64,000 nt of DNA from Gammaproteobacteria bacterium (GCA_965277405.1 OZ255726.1:1760001-1824000); one strand, 5' to 3'. Shown: positions 51,971 through 62,623, counted from the stretch's first letter. Translations and numbers: made by a program. The notes: generated from the letters alone by a model not told the origin.

Positions 51971-52049
51971 TGGCGTTGGTTACTGCGGATATTAACTTGA
52001 ATATCGGCGACAGTAACCACCAGTTAGTGGTACGGGTTAGCCAACGCCA
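51971..52049 (-). other. Predicted three-way-junction structure in the gltB upstream region
   Basis: Stems 51971-51979/52041-52049, 51981-51993/52000-52015 and 52016-52020/52027-52031 are mutually compatible. Confidence 0.5.
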
Positions 52050-52112
52050 ATATTGGAGTGTTGCCGATAATATAATAATATCAACGCCGTTGGCACAATG
52101 GTATTGAGCAGG

Positions 52113-53177
52113 TTATTGCGCGCTGCTATCTGTAGGTTTTGGTTTGGGCTTATCCTTGGTAACTTTTTCTGGTAAATTTATCAACCGTCGCACTTGATGG
52201 GCAGCAAGTTTGTATAACCACCCTGAAGTTATTGTATTCAGTTCAGCAGTTGCTGCGGTTATTCGCTCGACATTTTTTGCTATGACATCCACCGACACAT
52301 CGTCTTGGTTATCGAGCAAATCGTTATTCACGGAAACCTCAAAACTAAACCAATATTCACCAGAATCAACTTGGCGTGCTGTTGCGGTAATGAATAAACC
52401 ATCGTCGCTGGCTAACACTGTAGTTGCTGCCGCATCGGCTGTAACATCTGCAATGCGGACGACATCAACAAAGTTGAGATATTCTAAAACACGAAAATTA
52501 TCTGCCGCATCATCTTGATCAAGCTGTTGCTTCTTGCCGATGGTTACACCTGAAATTGTAATATTATCAGCAGATCTGTCTCGTTGCAGTTGCATGGTAT
52601 CGTTATACGTTATTGATGCAAGCCGCGCTGCTTTGATGTTGAGGATTTGACTAACTCTCCAGTAATTTTCGCTGATAGAAGGTTGAATTTTTTGATCGAT
52701 AATATAGCTGGTTGGTTTTTCTCCTTGTAATGCATAACTACCTTTATTTTCGTAGCTATACGAACCAAAAGCAACATTGGCGAGTTGTTTACCGTTTGCA
52801 TCATACGCAACAACAGCGGTTCTACTAGCAGCATCCAGACCTATTTTTTCGTATTTATCAGGATTTTTGGTACGTTCAGCGATAATTTTACTGCGGCTCA
52901 GTGGCACCAATAATCCGCGTATTTTTTCAATTTCAGCAATATATCCTTTGGAACCGTTTACCAACCACTTCCCGTCCACAACCGTGAGTTCAAACTTTTT
53001 ATCACCTTTGCTGATAACCAACCGTTGAATGTCGTTAATGTTTTTTTTCAACTTTGCGACAAAGCTGCCATGCAATTGTTTGTTTTCAGCAGTAAATTGT
53101 TGTTGTGATTGCAGCGACCAAATCACCAATGCTATGATGAGAATTGCGCCAAGTAAAATCCAGAGTGGTTTTTTCAT
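52113..53177 (-). CDS. DUF4340-like membrane-anchored periplasmic protein
   Basis: N-terminal TM helix, KYEKIGL motif and position as the last gene of a GldA/F/G-like operon. Confidence 0.7.
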   Translation of the reverse strand: MKKPLWILLGAILIIALVIWSLQSQQQFTAENKQLHGSFVAKLKKNINDIQRLVISKGDKKFELTVVDGKWLVNGSKGYIAEIEKIRGLLVPLSRSKIIAERTKNPDKYEKIGLDAASRTAVVAYDANGKQLANVAFGSYSYENKGSYALQGEKPTSYIIDQKIQPSISENYWRVSQILNIKAARLASITYNDTMQLQRDRSADNITISGVTIGKKQQLDQDDAADNFRVLEYLNFVDVVRIADVTADAAATTVLASDDGLFITATARQVDSGEYWFSFEVSVNNDLLDNQDDVSVDVIAKNVERITAATAELNTITSGWLYKLAAHQVRRLINLPEKVTKDKPKPKPTDSSAQ

Positions 53178-53190
53178 CTCGTTAGGCTCC

Positions 53191-55026
53191 TTATGAACGT
53201 TTAATGCCGAGGCGGCTGGGTAGGAAAAAAGCTAGCAACAATACAAGTAACGGAATCAAAGCAATATTAAAAAACTTAAGCCACGCGCCTAATGAATCTA
53301 TTTCACGATTCAAATTTAGCTGCAGTGAGCGCAATGCACTGCGCGTGCGTACTTGCTCTTTTTGAAACTTGCTAATCTCACGTTGTTGTTCAGGGCTAAT
53401 AATCAAAGCGTTTTGTTTCTCTTTGTTATTTTGCAAACTGTTAATGCGCTGCTCAGTTTGTCTGAGATTATCTTGTAGCCGTTGCTCTTCGTTGTGATAC
53501 TTAGACTCTGCATCCTGTCGCAAGCTGTTCACAATGGCAAATGGTCGCTGTTTAATGCCACGGCTGCGCAAACTGATGAGGTCATTATTGCCCACCAAAT
53601 TTTCCACTGCATTGATAACTAATGTGCCATTATCTGCAGTGCGTGTCTGCAACTGTTGACCAAGAAAGTTTTGCACATTCACCCAATACCTATCAAGTAA
53701 AAAATCAGTGTCCGCAAAAATCAACACATTAATACCAGCGTCTGTTGACTCAGCGACATCGTCAGTTTTGATACGTTCTGGGAATGCTGTACTGGCCTTG
53801 CCTTGTACTCTGGCAACAACAGCTAAGCGTTTGCCACCGGCCGTATAATTTGCAAACCAGCGGCGTGGCGGTTGTGAAAATGTTGTTGCTGGAGTCGTGT
53901 TGGCTTGGATTGTTGTTTGCACCAGTGGCGTAAATGTTGTGGTTGCGCCATCTTTAGGCTCGATGGCTCCAGCACTAATAATGCGGACTTGGTTTAAATT
54001 TGAGGTCACGATATCGCTGGTATTAAACGCATCATTAGCATAGGTTAACCAAGCGAGGTGGGTGAATCGCTGCAGGTCAGCACCAGAGGCACCTTGCAAG
54101 TTTACCGATAGCGGGTTATGCCGATCAATAACCACTTGTTGGTCGGCCATGCTGACTCCCCAAGCATCAAATAACTTGGCTAAATTTGAATATTTATGCG
54201 CTGGTAATTCATTGGCATCCAGCAGTGGGTCAACAAAGACTATAAGCTTGCCGCCTTTGAGCACAAACTGGTCAATCATAAACAATTGTTCAGCGGTGAT
54301 TGTGGTTGGATCAGGGTGCACCAACAACAAAATATTGCTGTTGTCTGGCAGTTCTTGCGCATCTGTAGCCACATCAGTCACGCTAAACTGTTGGCTTAAT
54401 TGTTGATACACAACCCAACTGTGCTGCGGTCCAGTCACAGCTGCTCCAGCAGTCTTACCGTCGATGGGCAGCCAACTCATAATTGCAACTCCTGGCTTAT
54501 CTGGGTGCTCTAATTCGTAAATCAGCTTCGTTGCATCATATTCAAAATAGGCTTCCCGTTCTAGTGAAATAAATGGAATAGACTTATATCGATCGACGCT
54601 ATTGACAGCAACCAGTCCTAAATAGATTTTTGTCGCACCATCTAATGGCACGGCTTGTAGCCCATAGCTCACAGCTTGGTCTTCTTCTGGTGAGAACGCT
54701 TCTGGATTGATGTTTTCTAACGTTACTTTACCACCGCTGCGCAGTGCATATTGACGTAACAAGCCAAGGGTGCGTTGGGCAAACGGTTGAATCCCTGGCG
54801 CGTTTTGTGCCACATCGCTTGAGTAAAAAAACTTTAATCGAACTGGTTCATCAAGCGCTGAAATAATGTTTTCAGTACCAGCGGAAAGCGTATACAAGTT
54901 ATCTTCTGTTGCATCAAACCGCAGCCCCTGCAGTAACAAGCGGCTAGCAAAATTAAAGGCGACGAACGCTATAACAACTATAATAATTGTTGCAGCAGAT
55001 AAAACACGGAATTTTTTAAATTTCAT
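53191..55026 (-). CDS. GldG-like ABC transporter accessory protein
   Basis: RFDATEDNLYTLSAGT, DQFVLKGG, FVDP, ADTDFL and LISLRSRG. Confidence 0.85.
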   Translation of the reverse strand: MKFKKFRVLSAATIIIVVIAFVAFNFASRLLLQGLRFDATEDNLYTLSAGTENIISALDEPVRLKFFYSSDVAQNAPGIQPFAQRTLGLLRQYALRSGGKVTLENINPEAFSPEEDQAVSYGLQAVPLDGATKIYLGLVAVNSVDRYKSIPFISLEREAYFEYDATKLIYELEHPDKPGVAIMSWLPIDGKTAGAAVTGPQHSWVVYQQLSQQFSVTDVATDAQELPDNSNILLLVHPDPTTITAEQLFMIDQFVLKGGKLIVFVDPLLDANELPAHKYSNLAKLFDAWGVSMADQQVVIDRHNPLSVNLQGASGADLQRFTHLAWLTYANDAFNTSDIVTSNLNQVRIISAGAIEPKDGATTTFTPLVQTTIQANTTPATTFSQPPRRWFANYTAGGKRLAVVARVQGKASTAFPERIKTDDVAESTDAGINVLIFADTDFLLDRYWVNVQNFLGQQLQTRTADNGTLVINAVENLVGNNDLISLRSRGIKQRPFAIVNSLRQDAESKYHNEEQRLQDNLRQTEQRINSLQNNKEKQNALIISPEQQREISKFQKEQVRTRSALRSLQLNLNREIDSLGAWLKFFNIALIPLLVLLLAFFLPSRLGIKRS

Positions 55027-55033
55027 TTCTTCC

Positions 55034-55774
55034 TCACAAACGATTACGATCGCTCAAAACAAGCGTATTAAAGTACAACCACATTGCAGTTAATGATGCA
55101 AAAAACACCATGCTAGAAAACTCAAAAATACCTGTAGTTATTTCAGAGTAATTCGTTAAAAAGCTAAACGAGCCAATCAAATCCACAATGCCGTTAGGTA
55201 GCCACGACTTAAACGCATCGATTACTAATGGAAACCCGCTGACGCAAAACAAAAAACTCACAACCATCGACACTATAAACGCAATGACTTGATTTTTTGT
55301 CAAACTGGAAATAGCACTGCCAATTGATAAAAACGCTGCTGCCATTACTAAACTACCGATATAACTCAACGCTATCACTCCATTGTCTGGGCTACCTAAG
55401 TAGTTTACGGTAATCCAAATAGGGAATGTCAATGACAGCGTGATAGCGGTAAACAACCACGCTGCTAAAAATTTCCCCAATACCATTTGCCATAGCGGCA
55501 TTGGCAAGGTCATTAGCAATTCAAGTGTGCCACTTTTACGCTCTTCTGCCCACAATCGCATCGTTATTGCTGGAATAAAAAACAGATACAGCCACGGATG
55601 CCAAGTGAAAAATGATGTTAAATCAGCTTGTTCACGTTGGTAGAAATTTCCAAAATAAAATGTAAATGCACCAATTGCAAACAGGAACACTACAATAAAA
55701 ACATAGGCAACAGGAGTCGTGAAATACCCTGTCATTTCTCGGTTAAAAACCGCCTTTAAACCATAAAGTTTCAT
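55034..55774 (-). CDS. GldF-like ABC-2 permease
   Basis: YFTTPVAYVF, PAITMRLWAEERKSGTLELL and TKNQVIAF. Confidence 0.88.
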   Translation of the reverse strand: MKLYGLKAVFNREMTGYFTTPVAYVFIVVFLFAIGAFTFYFGNFYQREQADLTSFFTWHPWLYLFFIPAITMRLWAEERKSGTLELLMTLPMPLWQMVLGKFLAAWLFTAITLSLTFPIWITVNYLGSPDNGVIALSYIGSLVMAAAFLSIGSAISSLTKNQVIAFIVSMVVSFLFCVSGFPLVIDAFKSWLPNGIVDLIGSFSFLTNYSEITTGIFEFSSMVFFASLTAMWLYFNTLVLSDRNRL

Positions 55775-55786
55775 AAACCTTCCGAA

Positions 55787-56731
55787 TTAAATTTCTGAGC
55801 CAGCCTTAGCAACTGCACGAAACACTTCATCTAGATGTGTCGCAGTCCTATGCAATTGAATAACCATCCATTGATGTTGTAAACACAGCCGACCAATTTC
55901 TCCAGATATATCTTGTGATTGCCGCGGCCAAATACGAATCATACCTTCATCCACTTCTTGCACTTTTCGCACATTTGACAGCGCTTGGACTTTTGGTATT
56001 ATTTCATTCACAGGAGTACCGCTCACCTGCAATTCTATAGCCAGATGATTTTCTGATCGCTCCAGCAGATCAGTAGGCGAACCGTCTGCCACTACGCGAC
56101 CGTTGGCGATAATCAGTGTGCGCGTACAAATGGCTTCAACCTCTTCTAGCAAGTGGGTTGAAATAACGATTGATTTGTGCGCCGACATATCACGAATGAG
56201 TTGCCGAACTTCGTGCTTTTGAATAGGGTCAAGCCCGTCTGTAGGTTCGTCAAGAATCAATATGTCTGGGTCGTGTAATAGCGCTTGCGCCAAACCGACA
56301 CGGCGCTTAAACCCTTTGGAAAGCGTGTCTAGAAACTGATCTAATACTGGCTGTAAATGCAGCAGTTCAATCACTGTTTCCATCCGTTGCTTGGTGGCCG
56401 CTTTTGACATATTGCGCGCCTTAGCAATAAAATGCAAAATCTGGCGTGCTGACATGTCGTTATACAATGGGGAACCTTCTGGCAAATAACCTAGACACAT
56501 CCGTGCTTCGATTGGTTGTTGCGCCACGTCATGCCCACAAATAGCTACAGAACCTGCACTTGGCTCAAGATACCCTGTTAAAATTCGCATTGTTGTTGAT
56601 TTTCCTGCGCCATTTGGACCAAGAAAACCAAGTACATCGCCCTTATTCACCGTCAACGAGATGTTATCGACAGCTAAAAATGAGCCAAAGTGTTTATACA
56701 ACCCTTTCGCTTCTATGTGTACAACTGACAT
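55787..56731 (-). CDS. GldA-like ABC ATPase
   Basis: GPNGAGKST, LSKGFKRR and LDEPTDGLDP. Confidence 0.9.
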   Translation of the reverse strand: MSVVHIEAKGLYKHFGSFLAVDNISLTVNKGDVLGFLGPNGAGKSTTMRILTGYLEPSAGSVAICGHDVAQQPIEARMCLGYLPEGSPLYNDMSARQILHFIAKARNMSKAATKQRMETVIELLHLQPVLDQFLDTLSKGFKRRVGLAQALLHDPDILILDEPTDGLDPIQKHEVRQLIRDMSAHKSIVISTHLLEEVEAICTRTLIIANGRVVADGSPTDLLERSENHLAIELQVSGTPVNEIIPKVQALSNVRKVQEVDEGMIRIWPRQSQDISGEIGRLCLQHQWMVIQLHRTATHLDEVFRAVAKAGSEI

Positions 56732-57023
56732 TTACACTCCATCAATTCATAAAAATATTTGCTACAGATTGGGGATAATCTAGCAATACTGCCGCGTGAT
56801 TCATCCACGAGGTTGTTGTAACGCGATCAGGCACAGCAGGCAACAAAACTACTAACGTGTCACGCTGAATGTGATGCCTTAGTACGGTATATTATTAGCA
56901 TTAGCATTGCAGCGGACTAAATAATACGTCGCATCATCGCGTTGCGCATCACCTCAAACATCCGCTATGATACGTTGCATTTATACCGCTGATTTATATT
57001 TTTTCTAGTACTGTATGTGATTT

Positions 57024-57833
57024 TTATTGAATATCAGCAAGTGCAGCGTGTTCTTCTGCTCGCAGCGTTAAAACCTCAACGCCATTGCTGGTGATAGTTA
57101 CTGTATGTTCCCATTGCGCAGATAGTTTATTGTCTTTGGTTAGCACGGTCCATTCATCTTGTAGTAGCCGAGTTTTCCATGTCCCGATATTGATCATTGG
57201 CTCAATAGTAAACGTCTGTCCTACTACCAATATTTCTCCCGTTCCCGCTTTGCCATAGTGCAACACTTCAGGCGATTCATGAAACTCTTTGCCAATACCG
57301 TGTCCACAATATTCGCGCACGACACTATATCCATGCGCTTGCGCAATTGTCTGAATGCAATGACCAATATCACCGAGGTGAATACCTGGTTTCACCAGCT
57401 TAATGGCGGCATACAACGCTTGTTGTGTGACCGTACACAGCTTTTTTGCAAACCCAGTAACTTCGCCAACACAATACATTTTGCTGGTATCGCCATGATA
57501 ACCACCTTGAATAAGCGTAACATCTATATTAATAATATCGCCTTTCTTGAGTGTTTTTTGTGCATCAGGAACTCCATGACAAACAACTTGGTTGACTGAT
57601 GTGCAAATCGACTTTGGAAAGCCACGGTAGTTCAGTGGCGCAGGAATGGCTTGTAACTGTTGCGTGATATAGTCATGGCAAAGCGTATTCAGGTGCTCTG
57701 TCGACACGCCTGGCACGACGAATGGCTCGATGTATTCCAACAATTGTGCCGCTTGTTGCCCAGCAATGCGCATGCCAGCTAGGTCTTGTGGAGATTGGAT
57801 AATCAATGTTGTAATATAATAAATAGACACCAT
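57024..57833 (-). CDS. map: Methionine aminopeptidase type I; start uncertain
   Basis: SVNQVVCHG, NIDVT, GDTS, GHGIG, TIEPMIN and SAQWEHT. Confidence 0.93.
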   Translation of the reverse strand: MVSIYYITTLIIQSPQDLAGMRIAGQQAAQLLEYIEPFVVPGVSTEHLNTLCHDYITQQLQAIPAPLNYRGFPKSICTSVNQVVCHGVPDAQKTLKKGDIINIDVTLIQGGYHGDTSKMYCVGEVTGFAKKLCTVTQQALYAAIKLVKPGIHLGDIGHCIQTIAQAHGYSVVREYCGHGIGKEFHESPEVLHYGKAGTGEILVVGQTFTIEPMINIGTWKTRLLQDEWTVLTKDNKLSAQWEHTVTITSNGVEVLTLRAEEHAALADIQ

Positions 57834-57969
57834 ACAGACTAAGGTGCTAAAATAGTGCATTCAAATACAAAGAATAGTACACTTTGCTTTGTACAAACGC
57901 GGATGAACCACCAATAGCAATTATTTTTTTCCTCAATTGTCAGATATTTTCCATCAAAGTAGTCCCGTA

Positions 57970-60345
57970 ATGTATTGGCAATACCTTGGTTTTGCAGTTC
58001 AGCCATTTGGACTCACGCCAGATCCTAATCGCTTTTTTGTTGGCTCTGGTCATGCGGAAGCTTTGGCGCATCTCGATTTTGTGTTCCACCATCAAGGTGG
58101 ATTTATTGTCCTCACAGGCGAGGTTGGCAGCGGTAAAACCCAAGTACTCAAAACTTTTTTCAACCGTGCTCCAGCTGAGGCGCATATCGCATTCCTCATC
58201 AATGCCAATGCCTGTCCTGATGAGTTACTGCAGAATATTTGTGCAGAGTTTAAAATACCATTTTCGCATACTGATTCCACAGATAAACTCTTAGGACTGT
58301 TGCGTATCAATATGTTAGACAACTTTCGTCACGGATATACCAATATTATCGTTGTAGACGAAGCGCAACACCTCTCATTTGCAGCACTGGAATTCTTGCG
58401 GTTACTCACCAATATTGAGACCGATACGCAAAAGCTATTGCAAATCATCCTTGTTGGACAAGAGGAGCTTGCCACCACTCTAGCGGGCAACGAGCTGCGA
58501 CAATTAAACCAAAGGATAGTCGCCCGCTTCCATCTACAACGTCTTAGTTATCAGGAAACCAGTGCGTACATTGACACTCGTATTAGGCTATCTGGAGGCA
58601 TTGCAGAAATCATTCCACAAAAACTCCATAGGTACATATACAAACATAGCCACGGCATCCCGCGCTTAATTAATTTAATCTGTGACCGCGCGCTTATGGG
58701 AAGTTTCGCGCTGGGACAACCAAGTGTTAGCAAGCGAATTGTCAGTCAAGCTGTGCATGAACTTACGGAAAATTTGACCTCACCATCGCGCTACATACCA
58801 GCAACAATCAAGCCAGCAACAATCAAGCCAGCAACAATCAAGCCAGCAACAATCAAGCCAGCAGCAATCAAGCGCCCAGAGCAAGCTGCAGTTATTCCTC
58901 CAGCCCAGCCCTTACAGCTAGTTGCTCCAGAGCTTCCAGTAAACACGACTAGTACTCATATGCGTGCGGCAATAGCAGATGATATTTGCGAAAACCATGT
59001 TTCTCCTCATGATATTGAGCAGTATCACAACGTTGAGAATGATGCGTGGCCTGCATACAGGCGCAGGCAGAATCGCGTTGAGCAATTTGACTATTTTGAC
59101 TACGCACTGCCGCGTATTGATAATGAGCCAATGCTATCTCCCCCACCAAAGGATGCAACGGCGCATAATACACAGTTGAATTCATCAGAAAAAAAACGCA
59201 TGCACCACAGGATGTCACATGCCGTAACCGCGGGGTATATACTGGTGCTCGTAGCTGCGCTTGCTACTGCATCATGGGTTGGATGGCAACATCGAAATGT
59301 GCTCTATCAACAACTCATTGATGGTAGCCTGCGTCTTGCCGATTTTGTGCAACTGGAAGCGGAAAAAACCACAGAGGTCGATACTACCGCCGCTACAGTG
59401 ATAACCGAGAAAACACAACAGGTATTGACAAAGCCACAGCCACAGCACAACAACATAGCGGTCAAGAGCAGCAGCGGCGCAGCTTGGTCACAGACCATGC
59501 CAAGTGTGGTTGACACAGTAATTCAACTACAAAAAATCCCACAACACCCGCTGCTAGCAACGCAGCGTTCTAAAAAAACAACCACGAATGTCTCAGCCAC
59601 ACAGCGTATATTGCCAGCACCCAACATTGCTGCTGACGCTGTTCAACCAGTTGCATATTCTCAATTTCTGACAGAACCTGCAAATATCATCCGTCACGAT
59701 TTTGATACAGCCATCGGGGAGTTGCTCACTCTCACTAACTTTGCGCTGACGCGACGGGTGTCTTTAGCGCAGATTATCCCAGAAATGTTGTGGCTGTGGG
59801 GATACGACAAACAGCAATTGCCGCAACGCATCAATTGTCATAGTATTGATGCTTTTGGTCTGAGTTGTATCCAGCTGACGACATCACTGCAGATGATTCA
59901 AAAAATAAACCTACCAATAATATTAATTATTTATAACCAAGCCAAACAGCCAAATCATTTTTTACTCATCGGTAAAAATGACACATCTTGGATTTTAAAA
60001 CGTGGCAATACATATTATGCAGTCAGTGATGCATATTTGCGTAACAGTTGGAATAATGAAGGGTATTTTATTATTAAAGCTCCTGTAGACTCTAAGTTAA
60101 CATTAGCACCAAATCAAACAGGCAGTTCTATTGCATGGTTGATAAGTGCGCTCACAAATATTGATACGCAATACGCACTCAATACCTTCACAACCACATA
60201 TAGCATTAAAGTAGTAGCCAGCGTGAAGCGTTTTCAACGCCAGCACGGAATAGCGACAACTGGGATAGCAGGAATAGAAACAATTGCACGAATTAATCAT
60301 CTGCTATTTAAATCAACCCCAGAATTAGTTATATTTAGGTCTTAA
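57970..60345 (+). CDS. exeA: ExeA/GspA AAA ATPase with C-terminal peptidoglycan-binding domain
   Basis: PFGLTPDP, GEVGSGKT, VDEAQHL, GIPRLINLICDRAL, a TM helix and VKRFQRQHGI..GIAG. Confidence 0.85.
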   Translation: MYWQYLGFAVQPFGLTPDPNRFFVGSGHAEALAHLDFVFHHQGGFIVLTGEVGSGKTQVLKTFFNRAPAEAHIAFLINANACPDELLQNICAEFKIPFSHTDSTDKLLGLLRINMLDNFRHGYTNIIVVDEAQHLSFAALEFLRLLTNIETDTQKLLQIILVGQEELATTLAGNELRQLNQRIVARFHLQRLSYQETSAYIDTRIRLSGGIAEIIPQKLHRYIYKHSHGIPRLINLICDRALMGSFALGQPSVSKRIVSQAVHELTENLTSPSRYIPATIKPATIKPATIKPATIKPAAIKRPEQAAVIPPAQPLQLVAPELPVNTTSTHMRAAIADDICENHVSPHDIEQYHNVENDAWPAYRRRQNRVEQFDYFDYALPRIDNEPMLSPPPKDATAHNTQLNSSEKKRMHHRMSHAVTAGYILVLVAALATASWVGWQHRNVLYQQLIDGSLRLADFVQLEAEKTTEVDTTAATVITEKTQQVLTKPQPQHNNIAVKSSSGAAWSQTMPSVVDTVIQLQKIPQHPLLATQRSKKTTTNVSATQRILPAPNIAADAVQPVAYSQFLTEPANIIRHDFDTAIGELLTLTNFALTRRVSLAQIIPEMLWLWGYDKQQLPQRINCHSIDAFGLSCIQLTTSLQMIQKINLPIILIIYNQAKQPNHFLLIGKNDTSWILKRGNTYYAVSDAYLRNSWNNEGYFIIKAPVDSKLTLAPNQTGSSIAWLISALTNIDTQYALNTFTTTYSIKVVASVKRFQRQHGIATTGIAGIETIARINHLLFKSTPELVIFRS
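58798..58872 (+). repeat. In-frame 15-bp tandem repeat (PATIK x4, PAAIK) in the exeA linker
   Basis: CCAGCAACAATCAAG x4 plus one variant. Confidence 0.92.
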
Positions 60346-60359
60346 TTAGAGTTTCCTAA

Positions 60360-60598
60360 GGAAGCTCTGATGAATCCCATGATGGGCGAGACGGAGAAAA
60401 AACGCTGATGATAACTAGACGCAGTGCGCAGATAATACTGGTGGTACTGGTGGTACTGGTACTGGTGGTATTGTGGGTGTTGCCAAGTGCTGCAACGACG
60501 TTAGCGCAGCGTTTTTTCCCGTCCTGCTGTTGCATATACTTTGGGTTTGCGGCAATTGCAGGCAAACTCGCTCCATCAGCGACTTAATCAGAGGTTCC
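60360..60598 (-). mobile_element. IS5-family-related MITE, 239 bp, internally deleted
   Basis: TIRs and a CTAA duplication (60356-60359, 60599-60602). It lacks the segment between the two GCAATTGC sites and has GGTACTGGT micro-duplications. Confidence 0.92.
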
Positions 60599-60694
60599 CT
60601 AAGTGCAAACTTGCTCACCAACTCAATACATTTTACAGCGTAATTTTATAACAATTTCATGCGCTGAACCATTCAAAGCTCACTAATGTAGCCG

Positions 60695-61453
60695 ATGTCT
60701 CTGTTAATGGAGGCGCTTAAAAAAGCTGACCAACAGCGCAGCGTTCCAAGCCATCAGCCCCCCCAAGCCGAGTTATTGCTGTCGCGCCCGCATGTTGCTG
60801 CTGCTCAGCAATATTACTCTGCTCAGCCAATCCAAATGCAAACTCAGACGCATTTCCACTGGGTATTTTATGCAGGGTTCATTAATATTTTAATTGTCGC
60901 GCTAGTTTTCTTTTTTTGGACACAATATCAGCAGCAGTCCCAACAAAACTTTATCACCCTTTCCAAAATAATCAACGCACGCCCTGTATCGCAGTCGCCG
61001 CTAGCACTAGGTAACTTTGGCATAGCACCAGCAGCTAAACCTGCCATTCCACCACAGCATATTGCCGCCCAATCTGCTCCAACACCAACACCATCACCAT
61101 CACCATCACCATCACCAACACAACACGCCGTATCACTTGCCCCAGTATTGCAACAAAAAATTGTAAAACCAGCAGCAATTGTGCCTATTGATGTTGATAA
61201 AATATATCACATTAGCGAACTCCCCCGCGAGATAAGACAATCTTTTCCTAAATTGGAGTACAATGCTCATTTGTATTCTGAAAGCGTACCAGACGCTAGA
61301 ATGATTATAGCCAATAATAAACAATACGGCGAAAACGACTCAATAGGAACAGATATAACAATCGAATCGATTCAGCATGACGGGGTGATTTATAAGTATA
61401 AAGGCTTCAAAGTATATGTAGCTGTCGCCGCCAAAATTAATGGTAATCAATAG
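60695..61453 (+). CDS. exeB: ExeB/GspB
   Basis: MSLLMEALKKA, a TM helix, a PT/PS-rich linker and LEYNAHLYS...IIAN. Confidence 0.8.
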   Translation: MSLLMEALKKADQQRSVPSHQPPQAELLLSRPHVAAAQQYYSAQPIQMQTQTHFHWVFYAGFINILIVALVFFFWTQYQQQSQQNFITLSKIINARPVSQSPLALGNFGIAPAAKPAIPPQHIAAQSAPTPTPSPSPSPSPTQHAVSLAPVLQQKIVKPAAIVPIDVDKIYHISELPREIRQSFPKLEYNAHLYSESVPDARMIIANNKQYGENDSIGTDITIESIQHDGVIYKYKGFKVYVAVAAKINGNQ

Positions 61454-61466
61454 TTTTCAGCGTAAT

Positions 61467-61613
61467 AGAAGCTCTGTTAAAGTCCATGACGGACGAGACG
61501 GAGCAACGATGATGGACCCACTAGCAAGTGCGTAGCTGCCACTGGAGGGTATTATCTAGTGCTGCAACGCTGTTAGTCGCAGCGTTTTCCGTCCTCACTT
61601 AAGCAGAGGTGTC
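61467..61613 (-). mobile_element. Short degenerate MITE, about 147 bp
   Basis: AGAAGCTCTGTTAAAGTCCATGACGGACGAGACGG ... GCAGCGTTTTCCGTCC..CTTAAGCAGAGGTGTC retains only one hairpin module. Confidence 0.75.
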
Positions 61614-61621
61614 TAATGAAC

Positions 61622-62623
61622 ATGTCTCGTCTATATCAATACTGTATCCTGACCGCCATCTTTGTGCTGGTAAGTTGCACCATATTGCCTGCACATGATT
61701 CCCGACTCCACTATGCGGCACATTCAGGTGCTCTTGATATAATTCGTACAGAACTCGCCGCAGGTGCCGATGTAAACTCGCACAGTATGAGCCGCTGGAC
61801 ACCTCTCCACGCGGCGGCATCTGCTGGTTATTTTGACATTGTCAAATATCTACTGCGACATGGCGCCAACGTTGATATTCGCGCTGACGGAGGTTGGACT
61901 GCTGATCAAGAAGCCGAATTCGTTGGTAATTATGAGATTGCCGCATATCTAAAAGCCGTACGCAAGAAACAAGACACTGTCCATTTCTCTTTGATTACCA
62001 ATTTCGACACATTGACGTTTAGTCGTCGTTACAACAGGAAATACTCGCAATGGCATACAAAATACCCATTACCACATCGCCAGTTTTGGTCAAACCCACT
62101 GCAAGTTATCGACATCTATATACAACACACTGTTTCACAGTATTTAGCTGCGTTTGATTACCAAACATCAATTCCAAATATTCGTCAGGCAGATGTCACT
62201 TTGCTACAAAACGAATTTGAAAGTGATCAAGCGTTTGCAAATCGACGCAGCAACATCGAATTTCAAATATACGACCGCCGCTTAAATGTCGATAAAACGC
62301 GCAAACTCCTTATCGCAGACTCGTTGCAATGGACGCTGCGCTCATTTCGGCTTGAAAACCCATCTTTCAATCAGAAAAACAGTACTGTCGAAGTAGATGT
62401 TGTCGCCAATGGCGCAAGGTTTCAAGAACGCGTGCAAGCAATTGTCGATAATGCGGCATTAGCTAAGTCATTTGTTAACAACCCGCAACAGTCCTCATTG
62501 GATGTCTATATGCGTGTCAATCCAACCATGTACCAAATCAAACAAGTGTTAATTTACCACCAAGGGTTTCTGTTGAACGCCTTGCCACTGTTACCAACGA
62601 CATACCTCATTGCCAAGTTTTAA
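61622..62623 (+). CDS. Ankyrin-repeat protein, probable lipoprotein
   Basis: Lipobox VLVS-C, ankyrin repeats LHYAA..G, TPLHAAA..G and GANVD, and a C-terminal domain of unknown type. Confidence 0.8.
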   Translation: MSRLYQYCILTAIFVLVSCTILPAHDSRLHYAAHSGALDIIRTELAAGADVNSHSMSRWTPLHAAASAGYFDIVKYLLRHGANVDIRADGGWTADQEAEFVGNYEIAAYLKAVRKKQDTVHFSLITNFDTLTFSRRYNRKYSQWHTKYPLPHRQFWSNPLQVIDIYIQHTVSQYLAAFDYQTSIPNIRQADVTLLQNEFESDQAFANRRSNIEFQIYDRRLNVDKTRKLLIADSLQWTLRSFRLENPSFNQKNSTVEVDVVANGARFQERVQAIVDNAALAKSFVNNPQQSSLDVYMRVNPTMYQIKQVLIYHQGFLLNALPLLPTTYLIAKF

